Part shown: one piece after another, positions 47,061 through 60,431 of the stretch
How the letters are laid out: each line of letters begins with the position of its first letter
Position numbering within the stretch: position 1 is the first letter of the stretch
Origin: Nemertoderma westbladi
Lineage: Eukaryota; Animalia; Xenacoelomorpha
DNA: 64,000 bases
NCBI GenBank assembly: GCA_032718475.1
Contig: JAUCBJ010007253.1
Location: 1-64,000 of the forward strand
Direction: 5' to 3'
Translations under genes and position numbers: made by a program
Notes under the pieces: generated by a model
Database searches by the model: none
The model's input: only the letters and a program-made list of their open reading frames with translations
What the model was told of the DNA's origin: nothing

Positions 47061-50000
47061 AAGGAATGCCTGTTCACCACCATGGGTGATCTTCCACAGT
47101 AAACCTTTACACTCTGTTTCATAAAGAATGCCTGTTCACCACCATAGGTGATCTTCCACTCTGATTCCTAAAGGAATGCCTGTTCACCACCATGGGTGAT
47201 CTTCCACAGTAAACCCTTCCACTCTGTTTCCTAAAGGAATGCCTGTTCACCACCATGGGTGATCTTCCACAGTAAACCCTTCCACTCTGTTTCCTAAAGG
47301 AATGCCTGTTCACCACCATAGGTGATCATCCACAGTAAACCCTTCCACTCTGTTTCCTAAAGGAATGCCTTTTCACCACCATGGGTGATCTTCCACAGTA
47401 AACCCTTCCACTCTGTTTCCTAAAGGAATGTCTGTTCACCACCATGGATGATCTTCCACAGTAAACCCTTCCACTCTGTTTCCTAAAGGAATGTCTGTTC
47501 ACCACCATGGATGATCTTCCACAGTAAACCCTTCCACTCTGTTTCCTAAAGGAATGTCTGTTCACCACCATGGATGATCTTCCACAGTAAACCCTTCCAC
47601 TCTGTTTCCTAAAGGAATGCCTGTTCACCACCATGGGTGATCTTCCACAGTAAACCTTTACACTCTGTTTCATAAATAATGCCTGTTCACCACCATAGGT
47701 GATCTTCCACACTGTTTCCTAAAGGAATGCCTGTTCTCTACCATGGGTGATCTTCCTCAGTAAACCCTTCCACTCTGTTTCCTACTACTACTAGGATCGG
47801 CATGCTGCATTGCAGCTGCATTTTTAAGAATGCTGTGCCGGCTTGTCAACAAAATTGCACCGCCACAACTCCCTATCACCCATGACATTTGCTAGATCAT
47901 CCGCATCTTTAAGGCCAGTGTCCTTTAAGATGCGTCTCAAGAAAGTCATGGGCTGTCCACCATGCTTATTCACTCCATGAGGCTGCCAAAGTACAAGATT
48001 ATGCACTGGTTGGTCCTCACGGCGAAAGCAATGTCCTGCAAAGCGGAGACGAATTTGTTCTAGTGTCAAGCATGGGGGAACCAATGAGACACCTCCAATG
48101 TTATATAGTGTCTGGTTGGAGATGTGTGCATTGTACTTGACACAATGAACCCGGCGTAGCATTCTTGTGAATGTGCCATCCAGAGATTTGGTGTCCTCAG
48201 CAGTTAGAGCCCAGCATGGACTCCCGTAGAGGAGTACTGGAACTACTGCTGCTCTAAATAATCGGACCTTAAGTTTCCGATTAATTCTCGGTGACTTCCA
48301 AATCCTGGAAAGCCTATTCAAGGCTGCCCATGCCTTTCCCTTACGTATTCGAAGGTCCTCACCTGACTTCCGGATCCATGATCCCAGGTAACAGAAGTCG
48401 TCCACATGCTCAAGCATACCATCCTTTGAGCTTATGCTCATCCGATCAGAGACTTGCTGAGGACTTTCAAAGTTAACTGTCAGAATTTTGGTCTTTCTGG
48501 AGTTAATAAAAAGACCAACACTAGAAGCAGCATGTTCTAATGAGCTGAGGAGCCGTTGGGCTCCCTCTAATGATTCTGAGAGTACTCCTAAGTCATCAGC
48601 AAAGTCTAGATCAGTTAGGTACTTGGCAGGATTTCCTCGACTTCTGGAGCCAGTAGGTGGAGTTATCATCACCCCATCATCATTATAATGATCTAAGGAC
48701 ATGCGTAGAACATAGTCAACCACAATAATGAACAAGAATGGTGCAAGTGTGTCTCCTTGGAGGACGCCCCATAACACTTCAAATGGTTCTGTGTCACCGT
48801 CAACAGTAGACACAAATGTTGTCGAACCATCGTATACTGATCTGATTGCTGCAATAATTTCATCAGGAATCCCATATAATGAAAGTATGCTGAACATACG
48901 TGAGCGAGAGACTGAATCAAAGGCCTTGAAGAAGTCAACAAAGATAACAGCCAGATGCCTGTCTTTCTTTTTTGATAACTCTTCAATTATCCTTCTAAGT
49001 GCCAAAATGGGCTCCATGGTCCCACGACCTTTACGGAACCCATTCTGATTTCCACGGAGCAGTCTCTCAATGGGATCCCTGATGCGATTTAATAGAATCC
49101 TATTGTATAGCTTTGCAGCAATCGAGATCAATGAGATTCCCCGAAAAGAACCATAGAGTGTTAGGTTGCCTTTCTTGGGAACTGGCACCAACTTAATTTG
49201 TTTTCATTTCTTACATATAGTAAACCCTTCCACTCTGTTTCCTAAAGGAATGCCTGTTCACCACCAAGGGTGATCTTCCTCAGTAAACCCTTCCACTCTG
49301 TTTCCTAAAGGAATGCCTGTTAACCACCATAGGTGACCTTCCACTCTGTTTCCTAAAGGAATGCCTGTTCACCACCATGGGTGATCTTCCTCAGTAAACC
49401 CTTCCACTCTGTTTCCTAAAGGAATGCCTGTTAACCACCATAGGTGACCTTCCACTCTGTTTCCTAAAGGAATGCCTGTTCTCTACCATGGGTGATCTTC
49501 CTCAGTAAACCCTTCCACTCTGTTTCCTAAAGGAATGCCTGTTCACCACCATGGGTGATCTTCCACACTAAACCCTTCCACTCTGTTTCCTAAAGGAATG
49601 CCTGTTCACCACCATGGTTGATCTTCCACAGTAAACACTTCCACTCTGTTTCCCAAAGTAATGCCTGTTCACCACCATGGGTGATCTTCCACAGTAAACC
49701 CTTCCACTGCTTCCTAAAGGATTGCCTGTTCACCACCATGCGTGATCTTCCACAGTAAACCCTTCCACTCTGTTTCCTAAAGGAATGCCTGTTCACCACC
49801 ATGGGTGATCTTCCACAGTAAACTCTTCCACTCTGTTTCCTAAAGGAATGCCTGTTCACCACCATGGGTGATCTTCCATAATAAACCCATCCACTCTGTT
49901 TCCTAAAGGAATGCCTGTTCACCACCATGGGTGATCTTCCACAGTAAACCCTTCCACTCTGTTTCCTAAAGGAATGCCTGTTCACCACCATGGGTGATCT

Positions 50001-51314
50001 TCCACAGTAAACCCTTCCACTCTGTTTCCTAAAGGAATGCCTGTTCTCTACCATGGGTGATCTTCCACACTAAACCCTTCCACTCTGTTTCCTAAAGGAA
50101 TGCCTGTTCTCTACCATGGGTGATCTTCCTCAGTAAACCCTTCCACTCTGTTTCCTAAAGGAATGCCTGTTAACCACCATAGGTGACCTTCCACTCTGTT
50201 TCCTAAAGGAATGCCTGTTCACCACCATGGGTGATCTTCCTCAGTAAACCCTTCCACTCTGTTTCCTAAAGGAATGCCTGTTAACCACCATAGGTGACCT
50301 TCCACTCTGTTTCCTAAAGGAATGCCTGTTCTCTACCATGGGTGATCTTCCTCAGTAAACCCTTCCACTCTGTTTCCTAAAGGAATGCCTGTTCACCATC
50401 ATGGGTGATCTTCCACACTAAACCCTTCCACTCTGTTTCCTAAAGGAATGCCTGTTCTCTACCATGGGTGATCTTCCTCAGTAAACCCTTCCACTCTGTT
50501 TCCTAAAGGAATGCCTGTTCACCACCATGGGTGATCTTCCACACTAAACCCTTCCACTCTGTTTCCTAAAGGAATGCATGTTCTCTACCATGGGTGATCT
50601 TCCTCAGTAAACCCTTCCACTCTGTTTCCTAAAGGAAAGCCTGTTCACCACCATGGGTGATCTTCCACGGTAAACCCTTCCACTCTGTTTCCTAAAGGAA
50701 TGCCTGTTCACCACCATGGGTGATCTTCCACAGTAAACCGTTCCACTCTGTTTCCTAAAGGAATGCCTGTTCACCACCAAGGGTGATCTTCCACAGTAAA
50801 CTCTTCCACTCTGTTTCCTAAAGGAATGCCTGTTCACCACCATGGGTGATCTTCCGCAGTAAACCCTTCCACTCTGTTTCCTAAAGGAATGCCTGTTCAC
50901 CACCATGGGTGATCTTCCACAGTAAACCCTTCCACTCTGTTTCCTAAAGGAATGCCTGTTCACCACCAAGGGTGATATTCCACAGTACACTCTTCCACTC
51001 TGTTTCCTAAAGGAATGCCTGTTCACCACCATGGGTGATCTTCCACAGTAAACTCTTCCACTCTGTTTCCTAAAGGAATGCCTGTTCACCACCATGGGTG
51101 ATCTTCCGCAGTAAACCCTTCCACTCTGTTTCCTAAAGGAATGCCTGTTCACCACCATGGGTGATATTCCACAGTAAACTCTTCCACTCTGTTTCCTAAA
51201 GGAATGCCTGTTCACCACCATGGGTGATCTTCCACAGTAAACCCTTCCACTCTGTTTCCTAAAGGAATGCCTGTTCACCACCATGGGTGATCTTCCACAC
51301 TAAACCCTTCCACT
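47061..51314. repeat. 63-bp satellite derived from a SINE 3' region, interrupted by an RTE LINE
   Basis: (AAGGAATGCCTGTTCACCACCATGGGTGATCTTCCACAGTAAACCCTTCCACTCTGTTTCCTA)n; the monomer is also found once at 58586-58646. Confidence 0.95.
47785..49212 (-). mobile_element. 5'-truncated RTE-clade non-LTR retrotransposon, copy 1 (RT ORF 47824-49191)
   Basis: RT motifs QNGFR, FVDFFKAFDS, GVLQGDTLAP, DFADD and FCYLGS; short 3' UTR and (TAG)n tail; no endonuclease domain present. Confidence 0.93.
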
Positions 51315-52399
51315 TAAGGTTGGAGGCAATATCGACATCCCCTAGAGTTCCGAAGGTTCGTTCCTCTGTGATTATCTACGAACTTTTAGGTTGTTTCATG
51401 GAACTACCGCATGAGTCTTACGAGACTTTGTGGTGAATGCGACACTTTTTTGGGATAATATATAAGTTTTATGATAAAAGATGATTGCAATAAAGTCACT
51501 CAGTATAAGAAAAGTGACAGTGAACTCCCTTCCCCCAACCTCAATGAGCTCATCACTAGTTTTATGCGGCATCTGGGTCACCAGTTTAGTTTCAGTTTCA
51601 CTTGTGTTGAGTACTTCCATTTATTTTCATTTCATTACAAATAAACAGGTAATTTAATATTTGCTAATCCTACTCTGGTTTCGGAACTCACCCTAGAAAC
51701 TTTCCATAAAATTCGCCTTTATTAAATCTATATAAATTATTTATTATTATATTCCACTTTACCTATATAAGTTAAAGTAATCACCTCAATTAACAACGAG
51801 TTTAAGTTTGGAATATTTATGTCTTCCGAAATTTTGTTTGTATAAAAATAATCATTTTATTAGTGAAAAGCAGTTAGTTATTTTTATTATTATTGAATGG
51901 TACTCTCTCTCACTACTAAATACTCACCTAATTATGGGATCTCTCTCACTACTAAACGGCTTTTTCATGTGAATATTTGAAAATGGTATCGCTCTTAATT
52001 TACTTAATTTTTGCCACTTTTTGTACTAAATGCTAAATTAACTCTTATTATTATTTTTAATACATTGCCCAATACATCCGCGGTAGATTAACAATTCTGT
52101 TATTGTTGTATTAAGAGTTATAATTTGTCCATTTGTATTTTGCTTTTTAGAGATTATTAAGTGAAAATTAAATTTTGTGCTAATTAAAATATTATTGCCC
52201 ATATTTTTGTCAGTTTAACAATATGTTCGGGGGGGGGGGGGGGGGGGGGGGTTGTAAACTTTTAGTTATCAGTGTAGTTTTGTAGTTTTCAATTTTGTTT
52301 ATGGAATCCGCAGTATGACATGTAATGTCTCGTTTTCATTCAAATATCGTCTGGTGTGATGTAGAAGCCAATAATTTATTTATAAGGAATAAACGGGTA

Positions 52400-53875
52400 T
52401 ATTGAAAAATATCGAGTGTTTAAAAATATCGAGAGTAAAAATATCGAGAGTAAAAATATCGAGAATAAAAATATCGAGTGTTGAAAAATATCGAGTGTTT
52501 AAAAATATCGAGAGTAAAAATATCGAGAGTAAAAATATCGAGTGTTGAAAAATATCGAGTGTTTAAACATATCGAGAGTAAAAATATCGAGAGTAAAAAT
52601 ATCGAGAGTAAAAATATCGAGAGTAAAAATATCGAGTGTTGAAAAATATCGAGTGTTTAAAAATATCGAGAGTAAAAATATCGAGAGTAAAAATATCGAG
52701 AGTAAAAATATCGAGTGTTGGAAAATAACGCGATTGGAAAATATCGAGAGTAAAAATATCGAGAGTAAAAATATCGAGTGTTGGAAAATAACGCGATTGG
52801 AAAATATCGAGAGTAAAATTTCGAGAGTAAAAATATCGAGAGTAAAAATATCGAGTGTTGGAAAATAACGCGATTGGAAAATATCGAGAGTAAAAATATC
52901 GAGTGTTGAAAAATATCGAGTGTTTAAAAATATCGAGAGTAAAAATATCGAGAGTAAAAATATCGAGAGTAAAAATATCGAGTGTTGAAAAATATCGAGT
53001 GTTTAAAAATATCGAGAGTAAAAATATCGAGAGTAAAAATATCGAGTGTTGGAAAATAACGCGATTGGAAAATATCGAGAGTAAAAATATCGAGAGTAAA
53101 AATATCGAGAGTAAAAATATCGAGTGTTGGAAAATAACGCGATTGGAAAATATCGAGAGTAAAAATATCGAGAGTAAAAATATCGAGAGTAAAAATATCG
53201 AGAGTAAAAATATCGAGAGTAAAAATATTGGGGGTTGGAAAATATCGAGAGTAAAAATATCGAGAGTAAAAATATCGAGAGTAAAAATATTGGGGGTTGG
53301 AAAATATCGAGAGTAAAAATATTGGGGGTTGGAAAATATCGAGAGTAAAAATATCGAGAGTAAAAATATCGAGAGTAAAAATATCGAGAGTAAAAATATC
53401 GAGAGTAAAAATTCGAGAGTAAAAATATCGAGAGTAAAAATATCGAGTGTTGGAAAATAACGCGATTGGAAAATATCGAGAGTAAAAATATCGAGAGTAA
53501 AAATATCGAGAGTAAAAATATCGAGAGTAAAAATATCGAGAGTAAAAATTCGAGAGTAAAAATATCGAGAGTAAAAATATCGAGTGTTGGAAAATAACGC
53601 GATTGGAAAATATCGAGAGTAAAAATATCGAGAGTAAAAATATCGCGTATTGGAAATGTATAAAAATTAGTATCGAGTATTGGAGTGCCTGGGTTACAAC
53701 AGTGCAAGTGACCGTATTCTTTATACTTGCTAGTTTTTGCTATTTTTTATAAATATTATAGAAAGATGTGCTAGCTATCAATTTTGATAAATATTTTTGT
53801 TTTAGAACACATTTTTCTTATTAGAACATTTTAGGAAAATTATCAGTTACTCTCGATATTTTTACTCTCGATATG
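52400..53875. repeat. complex 15-bp repeat array (AAAATATCGAGAGTA)n with interspersed variants and a short inverted copy
   Basis: Array at 52405-53680; inverted TACTCTCGATATTTTTACTCTCGATAT at ~53848-53874. Confidence 0.9.
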
Positions 53876-54322
53876 AATAGTCAATAAGAAATTCAACCAA
53901 AAAATTCAAAACAAAACAGTTTATATGTAATCACATCACTAAAATGTGTGGGTAAGCTCATCACATTCAGTGGTTTTAATTTATTTATATTTAAGCCATG
54001 TTTACGAAAGTTTTATAAATTAAATAATAATTTAAGTCTTATTCCCACAAACATGTAAACCGCCACCATTACGGCCATCTTAACGACCTCCTTTGTTTTT
54101 CTTGGATAATTTCCTGTAATTTAAGTTGGCGAATCGGTTTGGTTTATTTATCCCACGATTATTTTTGTAACCATGGCAACCGACCGGTGAGTCCGTGTGC
54201 GTGAGGAGAAGACCGAAACAAGTTGAAGATAATTGTCCTCTCATATCGGCTTCGAAATTGTTTTCCAGCCAGCGGCGTAACGGCAGAATGTGCCACTGCG
54301 AAATATATTATTTTAGTGTAAA

Positions 54323-57300
54323 TCCACTCTGTAACAACTTACTCTTTGTTTCATCCAATCTGTAACAACTTACTCTTTGTTTCACCCACTCTGTAGCAAC
54401 TTACTCTTTGTTTCACCCACTCTGTAACAACTAACTCTTTGTTTCACCCACTCTGTAACAACTTACTCTTTGTTTCACCCACTCTGTAACAACTTACTCT
54501 TTGTTTCACCCACTCTGTAACAACTAACGCTTTGTTTCATCCACTCTGTAACAACTAACTCTTTGTTTCATCCACTCTGTAACAACTAACTCTTTGTTTC
54601 ATCCACTCTGTAACAACTTACTCTTTGTTTCACCCACTCTGTAACAACTAACTCTTTGTTTCACCCACTCTGTAACAACTTACTCTTTGTTTCATCCACT
54701 CTGTAACAACTTACTCTTTGTTTCACTGACTCTTTAACAACTTACTCTTTGTTTCACCCACTCTGTAACAACTTACTCTTTGTTTCACCCACTCTGTAAC
54801 AACTTACTCTTTGTTTCACCCACTCTGTAACAATTAACTATTCGTTTCACACACTCTGTAACAACTAACTCTTTGTTTCACCCACTCTGTAACAACTTAC
54901 TCTTTGTTTCATCCACTCTGTAACAACTTAATCTTTGTTTCACTGACTCTGTAACAACTAACTCTTTGTTTCATCCACTCTGTAACAACTAACTCTTTGT
55001 TTCATCCACTCTGTAACAACTAACTCTTTGTTTCATCCACTCTGTAACAACTTACTCTTTGTTTCACTGACTCTTTAACAACTTACTCTGGGCTGCATCC
55101 ACTCTGTAACAACTAACTCTTTGTTTCATCCACTCTGTAACAACTAACTCTTTGTTTCACCCACTCTGTAACAACTTACTCTTTGTTTCACTGACTCTTT
55201 AACAACTTATTCTGGGCTGCATCCACTCTGTAACAACTTACTCTTTGGTTCACCCACTCTGTTACAACTAAGTCTTTGTTTCATCCACTCTGTAACAACT
55301 TAATCTTTGTTTCACTGACTCTGTAACAACTAACTCTTTGTATCATCCACTCTGTAACAACTTACTCTTTGTTTCACTGACTCTTTAACAACTTACTCTG
55401 GGCTGCATCCACTCTGTAACAACTTACTCTTTGGTTCACCCACTCTGTTACAACTAAGTCTTTGTTTCACCCACTCTGTAACAACTTACTCTTTGTTTCA
55501 CTGACTCTTTAACAACTTACTCTGGGCTGCATCCACTCTGTAACAACTTACTCTTTGGTTCACCCACTCTGTTACAACTAAGTCTTTGTTTCACCCACTC
55601 TGTAACAACTTACTCTTTGTTTCACTGACTCTGTAACAACTTACTCTGGGCTGCACCCACTCTGTAACAACTAACACTTTGTTTCACCCACTCTGTAACA
55701 ACTTACTCTGGGCTGCATCCACTCTGTAACAACTTACTCTTTGGTTCACCCACTCTGTAACAACTAACTCTTTGTTTCACCCACTCTGTAACAACTAACT
55801 CTTTGGTTCACTCACTCTGTAACAACTTACTCTTTGTTTCACTGACTCTTTAACAACTGACTCTTTGTTTCACCCACTCTGTAACAACGTACTCTTTGTT
55901 TCACTGACTCTTTAACAACTTACTCTTTGTTTCACCCACTCTGTAACAACGTAGTCTTTGTTTCATCCACTCTGTAACAACTTAATCTTTGTTTCACTGA
56001 CTCTGTAACAACTAACTCTTTGTTTCATCCACTCTGTAACAACTTTCTCTTTGTTTCATCCACTCTGTAACAACTTACTCTTTGTTTCACTGACTCTGTA
56101 ACAACTAACTCTTTGTTTCATCTACTCTGTAACAACTTACTCTTTGTTTCACTGACTCTGTAAAATCCAACTTAGAGTTAGTGACTCTCTGTAACATCTT
56201 TCTCTAAGTTTCACCTACTCTGTAACAACTTACTCTTTGTTTCACCCACTCTGTAACAACTTACTCTATGTTTCACCCACTCTGTGTCTGAGTCTGTACT
56301 CCCAGATATTCCCATTGGCGATATCTCCTTTGCAGAAGTGAAGGCTGCTGCAAAGAGCATTAAGACCAATCGTGCCAGTGGAGTAGATGGTGTTCCCCCT
56401 GAGGTCTTTAAAATACCTGAGTGTTTAAAGCTCATCTATCCCATCATAGTAGACATGTACCGTACAACAAGAGTCCCACAAGAAATGAAAACAAATAAGT
56501 TGGTGCCAGTTCCCAAGAAGGGCAACCTAACACTCTATGGTTCTTTTCGGGGAATCTCATTGATCTCGATTGCTGCAAAACTATACAATAGAATTCTATT
56601 AAATCGCATCAGGGATCCCATTGAGAGACTGCTACGTGGAAATCAGAATGGGTTCCGTAAAGGTCGTGGGACCATGGAGCCCATTTTGGCACTTAGAAGG
56701 ATAATTGAAGAGTTATCAAAAAAGAAAGACAGGCATCTGGCTGTTATCTTTGTTGACTTCTTCAAGGCCTTTGATTCAGTCTCTCGCTCACGTATGTTCA
56801 GCATACTTTCATTATATGGGATTCCTGATGAAATTATTGCAGCAATCAGATCAGTATACGATGGTTCGACAACATTTGTGTCTACTGTTGATGGTGACAC
56901 AGAACCATTTGAAGTGTTATGGGGCGTCCTCCAAGGAGACACACTTGCACCATTCTTGTTCATTATTGTGGTTGACTATGTTCTACGCATGTCCTTAGAT
57001 CATCATAATGATGATGGGGTGATGATAACTCCACCTACTGGCTCCAGAAGTCGAGGAAATCCTGCCAAGTACCTAACTGATCTAGACTTTGCTGATGACT
57101 TAGGAGTACTCTCAGAATCATTAGAGGGAGCCCAGCGGCTCCTCAGCTCATTAGAACATGCTGCTTCTAGTGTTGGTCTTTTTATTAACTCCAGAAAGAC
57201 CAAAATTCTGACAGTTAACTTTGAAAGTCCTCAGCAAGTCTCTGATCGGATGAGCATAAGCTCAAAGGATGGTATGCTTGAGCATGTGGATGACTTCTGT

Positions 57301-58385
57301 TACCTGGGATCATGGATCCGGAAGTCAGGTGAGGACCTTCGAATACGTAAGGGAAAGGCATGGGCAGCCTTGAATAGGCTTTCCAGGATTTGGAAGTCAC
57401 CTAGAATTAATCGGAAACTTAAGGTCCGATTATTCAGAGCAGCAGTAGTTCCAGTACTCCTCTACGGGAGTCCATTCTGGGCTCTAACTGCTGAGGACAC
57501 CAAATCTCTGGATGGCACATTCACAAGAATGCTACGCCGGGTACATTGTGTCAAGTACAATGCACACATCTCCAACCAGACACTATATAACATTGGAGGT
57601 GTCTCATTGGTTCCCCCAAGCTTGACACTAGAACAAAATCGCCTCCGCTTTGCAGGACATTGCTTTCGCCGTGAGGACCAGCCAGTGCATAATCTTGTAC
57701 TTTGGCAGCCTCATGGAGTGAATAAGCATGGTGGACAGCCCATGACTTTCTTGAGACGCATCTTAAAGGACACTGGCCTTAAAGATGCGGATGATCTAGC
57801 AAATGTCATGGGTGATAGGGAGTTGTGGCGGTGCAATTTTGTTGACAAGCCGGCACAGCATTCTTAAAAATGCAGCTGCAATGCAGCATGCCGATCCTAG
57901 TAGTAGTAGTAGTAGTAGTAACAACTTACTCTATGTTTCACCCACTCTGTAACAACTTACTCTTTGTTTCACCCACTCTGTAACAACTTACTCTTTGTTT
58001 CACCCACTCTGTAACAACTAACTCTTTGTTTCACCCACTCTGTAACAACTATCTCTTTGTTTCACCCATTCTGTAACAACTAACTCTTTGTTTCACCCAC
58101 TCTGTAACAACTAACTCTTTGTTTCACCCACTCTGTAACAACTTACTCTTTGTTTCACCCACTCTGTAACAACTTACTCTTTGTTTCACCCACTCTGTAA
58201 CAACTTACTCTTTGTTTCACCCACTCTGTATCAATTAACTATTCGTTTCACACACTCTGTAACAACTAACTCTTTGTTTCACCCACTCTGTAACAACTTA
58301 CTCTTTGTTTCACCCACCCTGTAACAACTTACTCTTTGTTTCACCCACTCTGTAACAACTTACTCTGGGCTGCATCCAGTCTGTA
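54323..58385. repeat. 31-bp satellite (CTCTGTAACAACTTACTCTTTGTTTCACCCA)n, interrupted by an RTE LINE
   Basis: Seen directly on both sides of the LINE. Confidence 0.96.
56286..57917 (+). mobile_element. 5'-truncated RTE-clade non-LTR retrotransposon, copy 2 (RT ORF to 57867)
   Basis: Near-identical to copy 1 but ~200 bp longer at the 5' end (ASGVDGVPPE); (TAG)n tail; 33-bp TSD at 56253-56285 / 57918-57950. Confidence 0.95.
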
Positions 58386-58549
58386 TTAAAATCCTCGAGA
58401 ATTGGTAGCATATCGTCAGGAACAGGAACGTGGTATCTTTTCCGTTCTATTCTCTCACGTTCGTTCAAATACCTAATAATAATAATAATTGTGACATTTG
58501 GTGGTTAATTTATCATAATTTTCATATTATGATAAAAATTGAAATCATT

Positions 58550-58814
58550 ATTATGAATGGGAGAATCTTTTAGGCTCGTTATGCCAAGGAATGCCTGTTC
58601 ACCGCCATGGGTGATCTTCCACAGTAAACCCTTCCACTCTGTTTCCCAAGTTGCCTTGGTTCCCATTTATCGACCACTGAAGGATGAAAGCCGGGGTTGG
58701 GCAAGGCTGCAGCATGTAAAGCTCTGTGCCCAAATAGTACTTCCCCATCTAGGGATCGAACTAGGGCTCCCTAATTGGAAGCCCAGGAATGTCACCACTA
58801 GACCAAGCTGCTGC
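58550..58814 (-). mobile_element. tRNA-derived SINE with Nin/Deu core domain
   Basis: Minus strand has A-box TGGTCTAGTGG, a CTTCCAA loop (Gly-like), B-box GTTCGATCCC, then GCTTTCATCCTTCAGTGGTCGATAAATGGGAACC. Confidence 0.8.
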
Positions 58815-59224
58815 TTGGTCATCATTATTATGCATCATTATTAAATCATTATTATGCGAAACTAATACACCATATCCCTTAATACAACAACCATTTTTAG
58901 GGAGTCCTTGCCACCCCCCCACCCATAGTTCGATAAATTTTCTTACTGCTGGCATCATGGGGTTGCCTGGCAACCCGGCAGGGCCGGATTTTTAACTTTC
59001 TGAGATCTTTCCTTACAACAAGCCGTTAAAATCATTTATTTGGCAATATTTAGCTCGGCCTCCCTCGGCCTCATTTTTCGCCTTTGGAACGTAATCCAGA
59101 TATAATTAGAACCGCCGATCTTCAGATTCCGACTCAGAAAACCGCTTTAAATTGCTTGTCAAAGATATAAAAATACTATAAGGTGTAAATGTGTTGTATT
59201 GTATGTATTGTGTAGCAAGCAAGT

Positions 59225-59400
59225 AAACAGTCGGCCGAAGCCGGAGGCGACCCGAAGGCTCCTCTTTCGATAGCTGCTACCCGAGGGTTGGGCTGGGCGC
59301 TACTCCTATCCCAAGTTTTGCTCCCAGTTATTTAACTGGTACTCATTTTATCGACCCCAGTGGATGAAAGGCTGAGTGGACCCTGGCGGGGCTGAACCTA
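59225..59400 (-). mobile_element. second, 5'-truncated Nin-domain SINE with a structured 3' part
   Basis: Minus strand CCACTCAGCCTTTCATCCACTGGGGTCGATAAAATGAGTACCAG (Nin domain), followed by a GC-rich tail with two UUCG hairpins. Confidence 0.75.
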
Positions 59401-59402
59401 CA

Positions 59403-60431
59403 ACCGGTGAAATCAGACTTTACCGAAAAAAATTCAAATTTTAGCTACTCATGTCTGACTATCTCGAAAACTATAATAGGTATGGAAATACTTTCACTGC
59501 AAGAAATGTTCGCCTATCCAATGCGCTTCTAACTGTGTGCTTGGATTTTGCATAGTGTGAAAACCTACAACTTAACCCCCCCAGCGGAGGGAACGGAGTG
59601 ACCGGAGCGCCAGTACTATCTTTCATTATTATGAAGTAATAAGGGCGGTGGGTGGGGTAGGTGGTGAACACTATTTATAGGGTGGAGGGAGGGTCTAGTA
59701 TATTACTTTAGGATATTTGATTTCTTTGCAATATAGTTTAGCTGCCTCAGTCTTATTTGTAATATGTTATACATTATACCAAATTATATCAAGTTTTAAC
59801 ATCTACATTGTCTACCTGTAGGAGAAATATACAATGTAGGGCTCATAATATATTTATAAATAGATTTAGTATATTTACATTGTATAACAGAGTTAATTGA
59901 TACTATTACGGTATTATACTAAAGACACCGCTTTGATATATCTGATCAAATGGCAATTTCTTGTATATTATCTATTTCACTATCTTGGGTATATCATTCA
60001 ATTTCTAAAACTATAATAATAAACATTTACTTCACTTCTTGTTTACTCGCATGGATATATTGATATAAAACACTTCAGTATAATATCTTATAGGGCCAAA
60101 CGCAGATTAATCGGAATAATATGTTTAATTATTATTACAATTGGCACATTGAAGTAAGTAGTACATGAGTTTGATAAAATAATTATGAATCTGTATCTTA
60201 TTCTACTTTGTCTATATGATTATGTTATATAATAATGTTACTTTATCACTTTGGTTTAAACCGATCTCCTTTACTATTACTTACTACTTATACTACTACT
60301 ACTACTACTATTACTACTACTACTACTGACTACTACAGAGTTATATATTATAAGAGGATGGGGTTCGTGATTATTAGTTATTATACAAGTGCCCCTCGGC
60401 TATAGAGAGTCCACCCTCGGTTGCTTACTGG
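59403..60431 (-). mobile_element. inverted copy of the ~1-kb dispersed repeat at 26728-27729
   Basis: End-to-end reverse-complement match, for example CAAGTGCCCCTCGGCTATAGAGAGTCCACCCTCGGTTGCTTACTGG. Confidence 0.9.

Noticed and set aside
47119-53707. Repetitive ORFs MVVNRHSFRKQSG... and SKNIE...
   Set aside because: Satellite translations.
42789-58385. CRISPR-like appearance of the 31-, 35- and 63-bp repeats
   Set aside because: Head-to-tail tandem units with no unique spacers, no cas genes, and a eukaryotic context.
58740-58814. tRNA-Gly gene
   Set aside because: Acceptor and anticodon stems are imperfect and it runs into a Nin domain, so it is a SINE head. The tRNA-like boxes at ~25045-25110 and ~37740-37805 are likewise degenerate.
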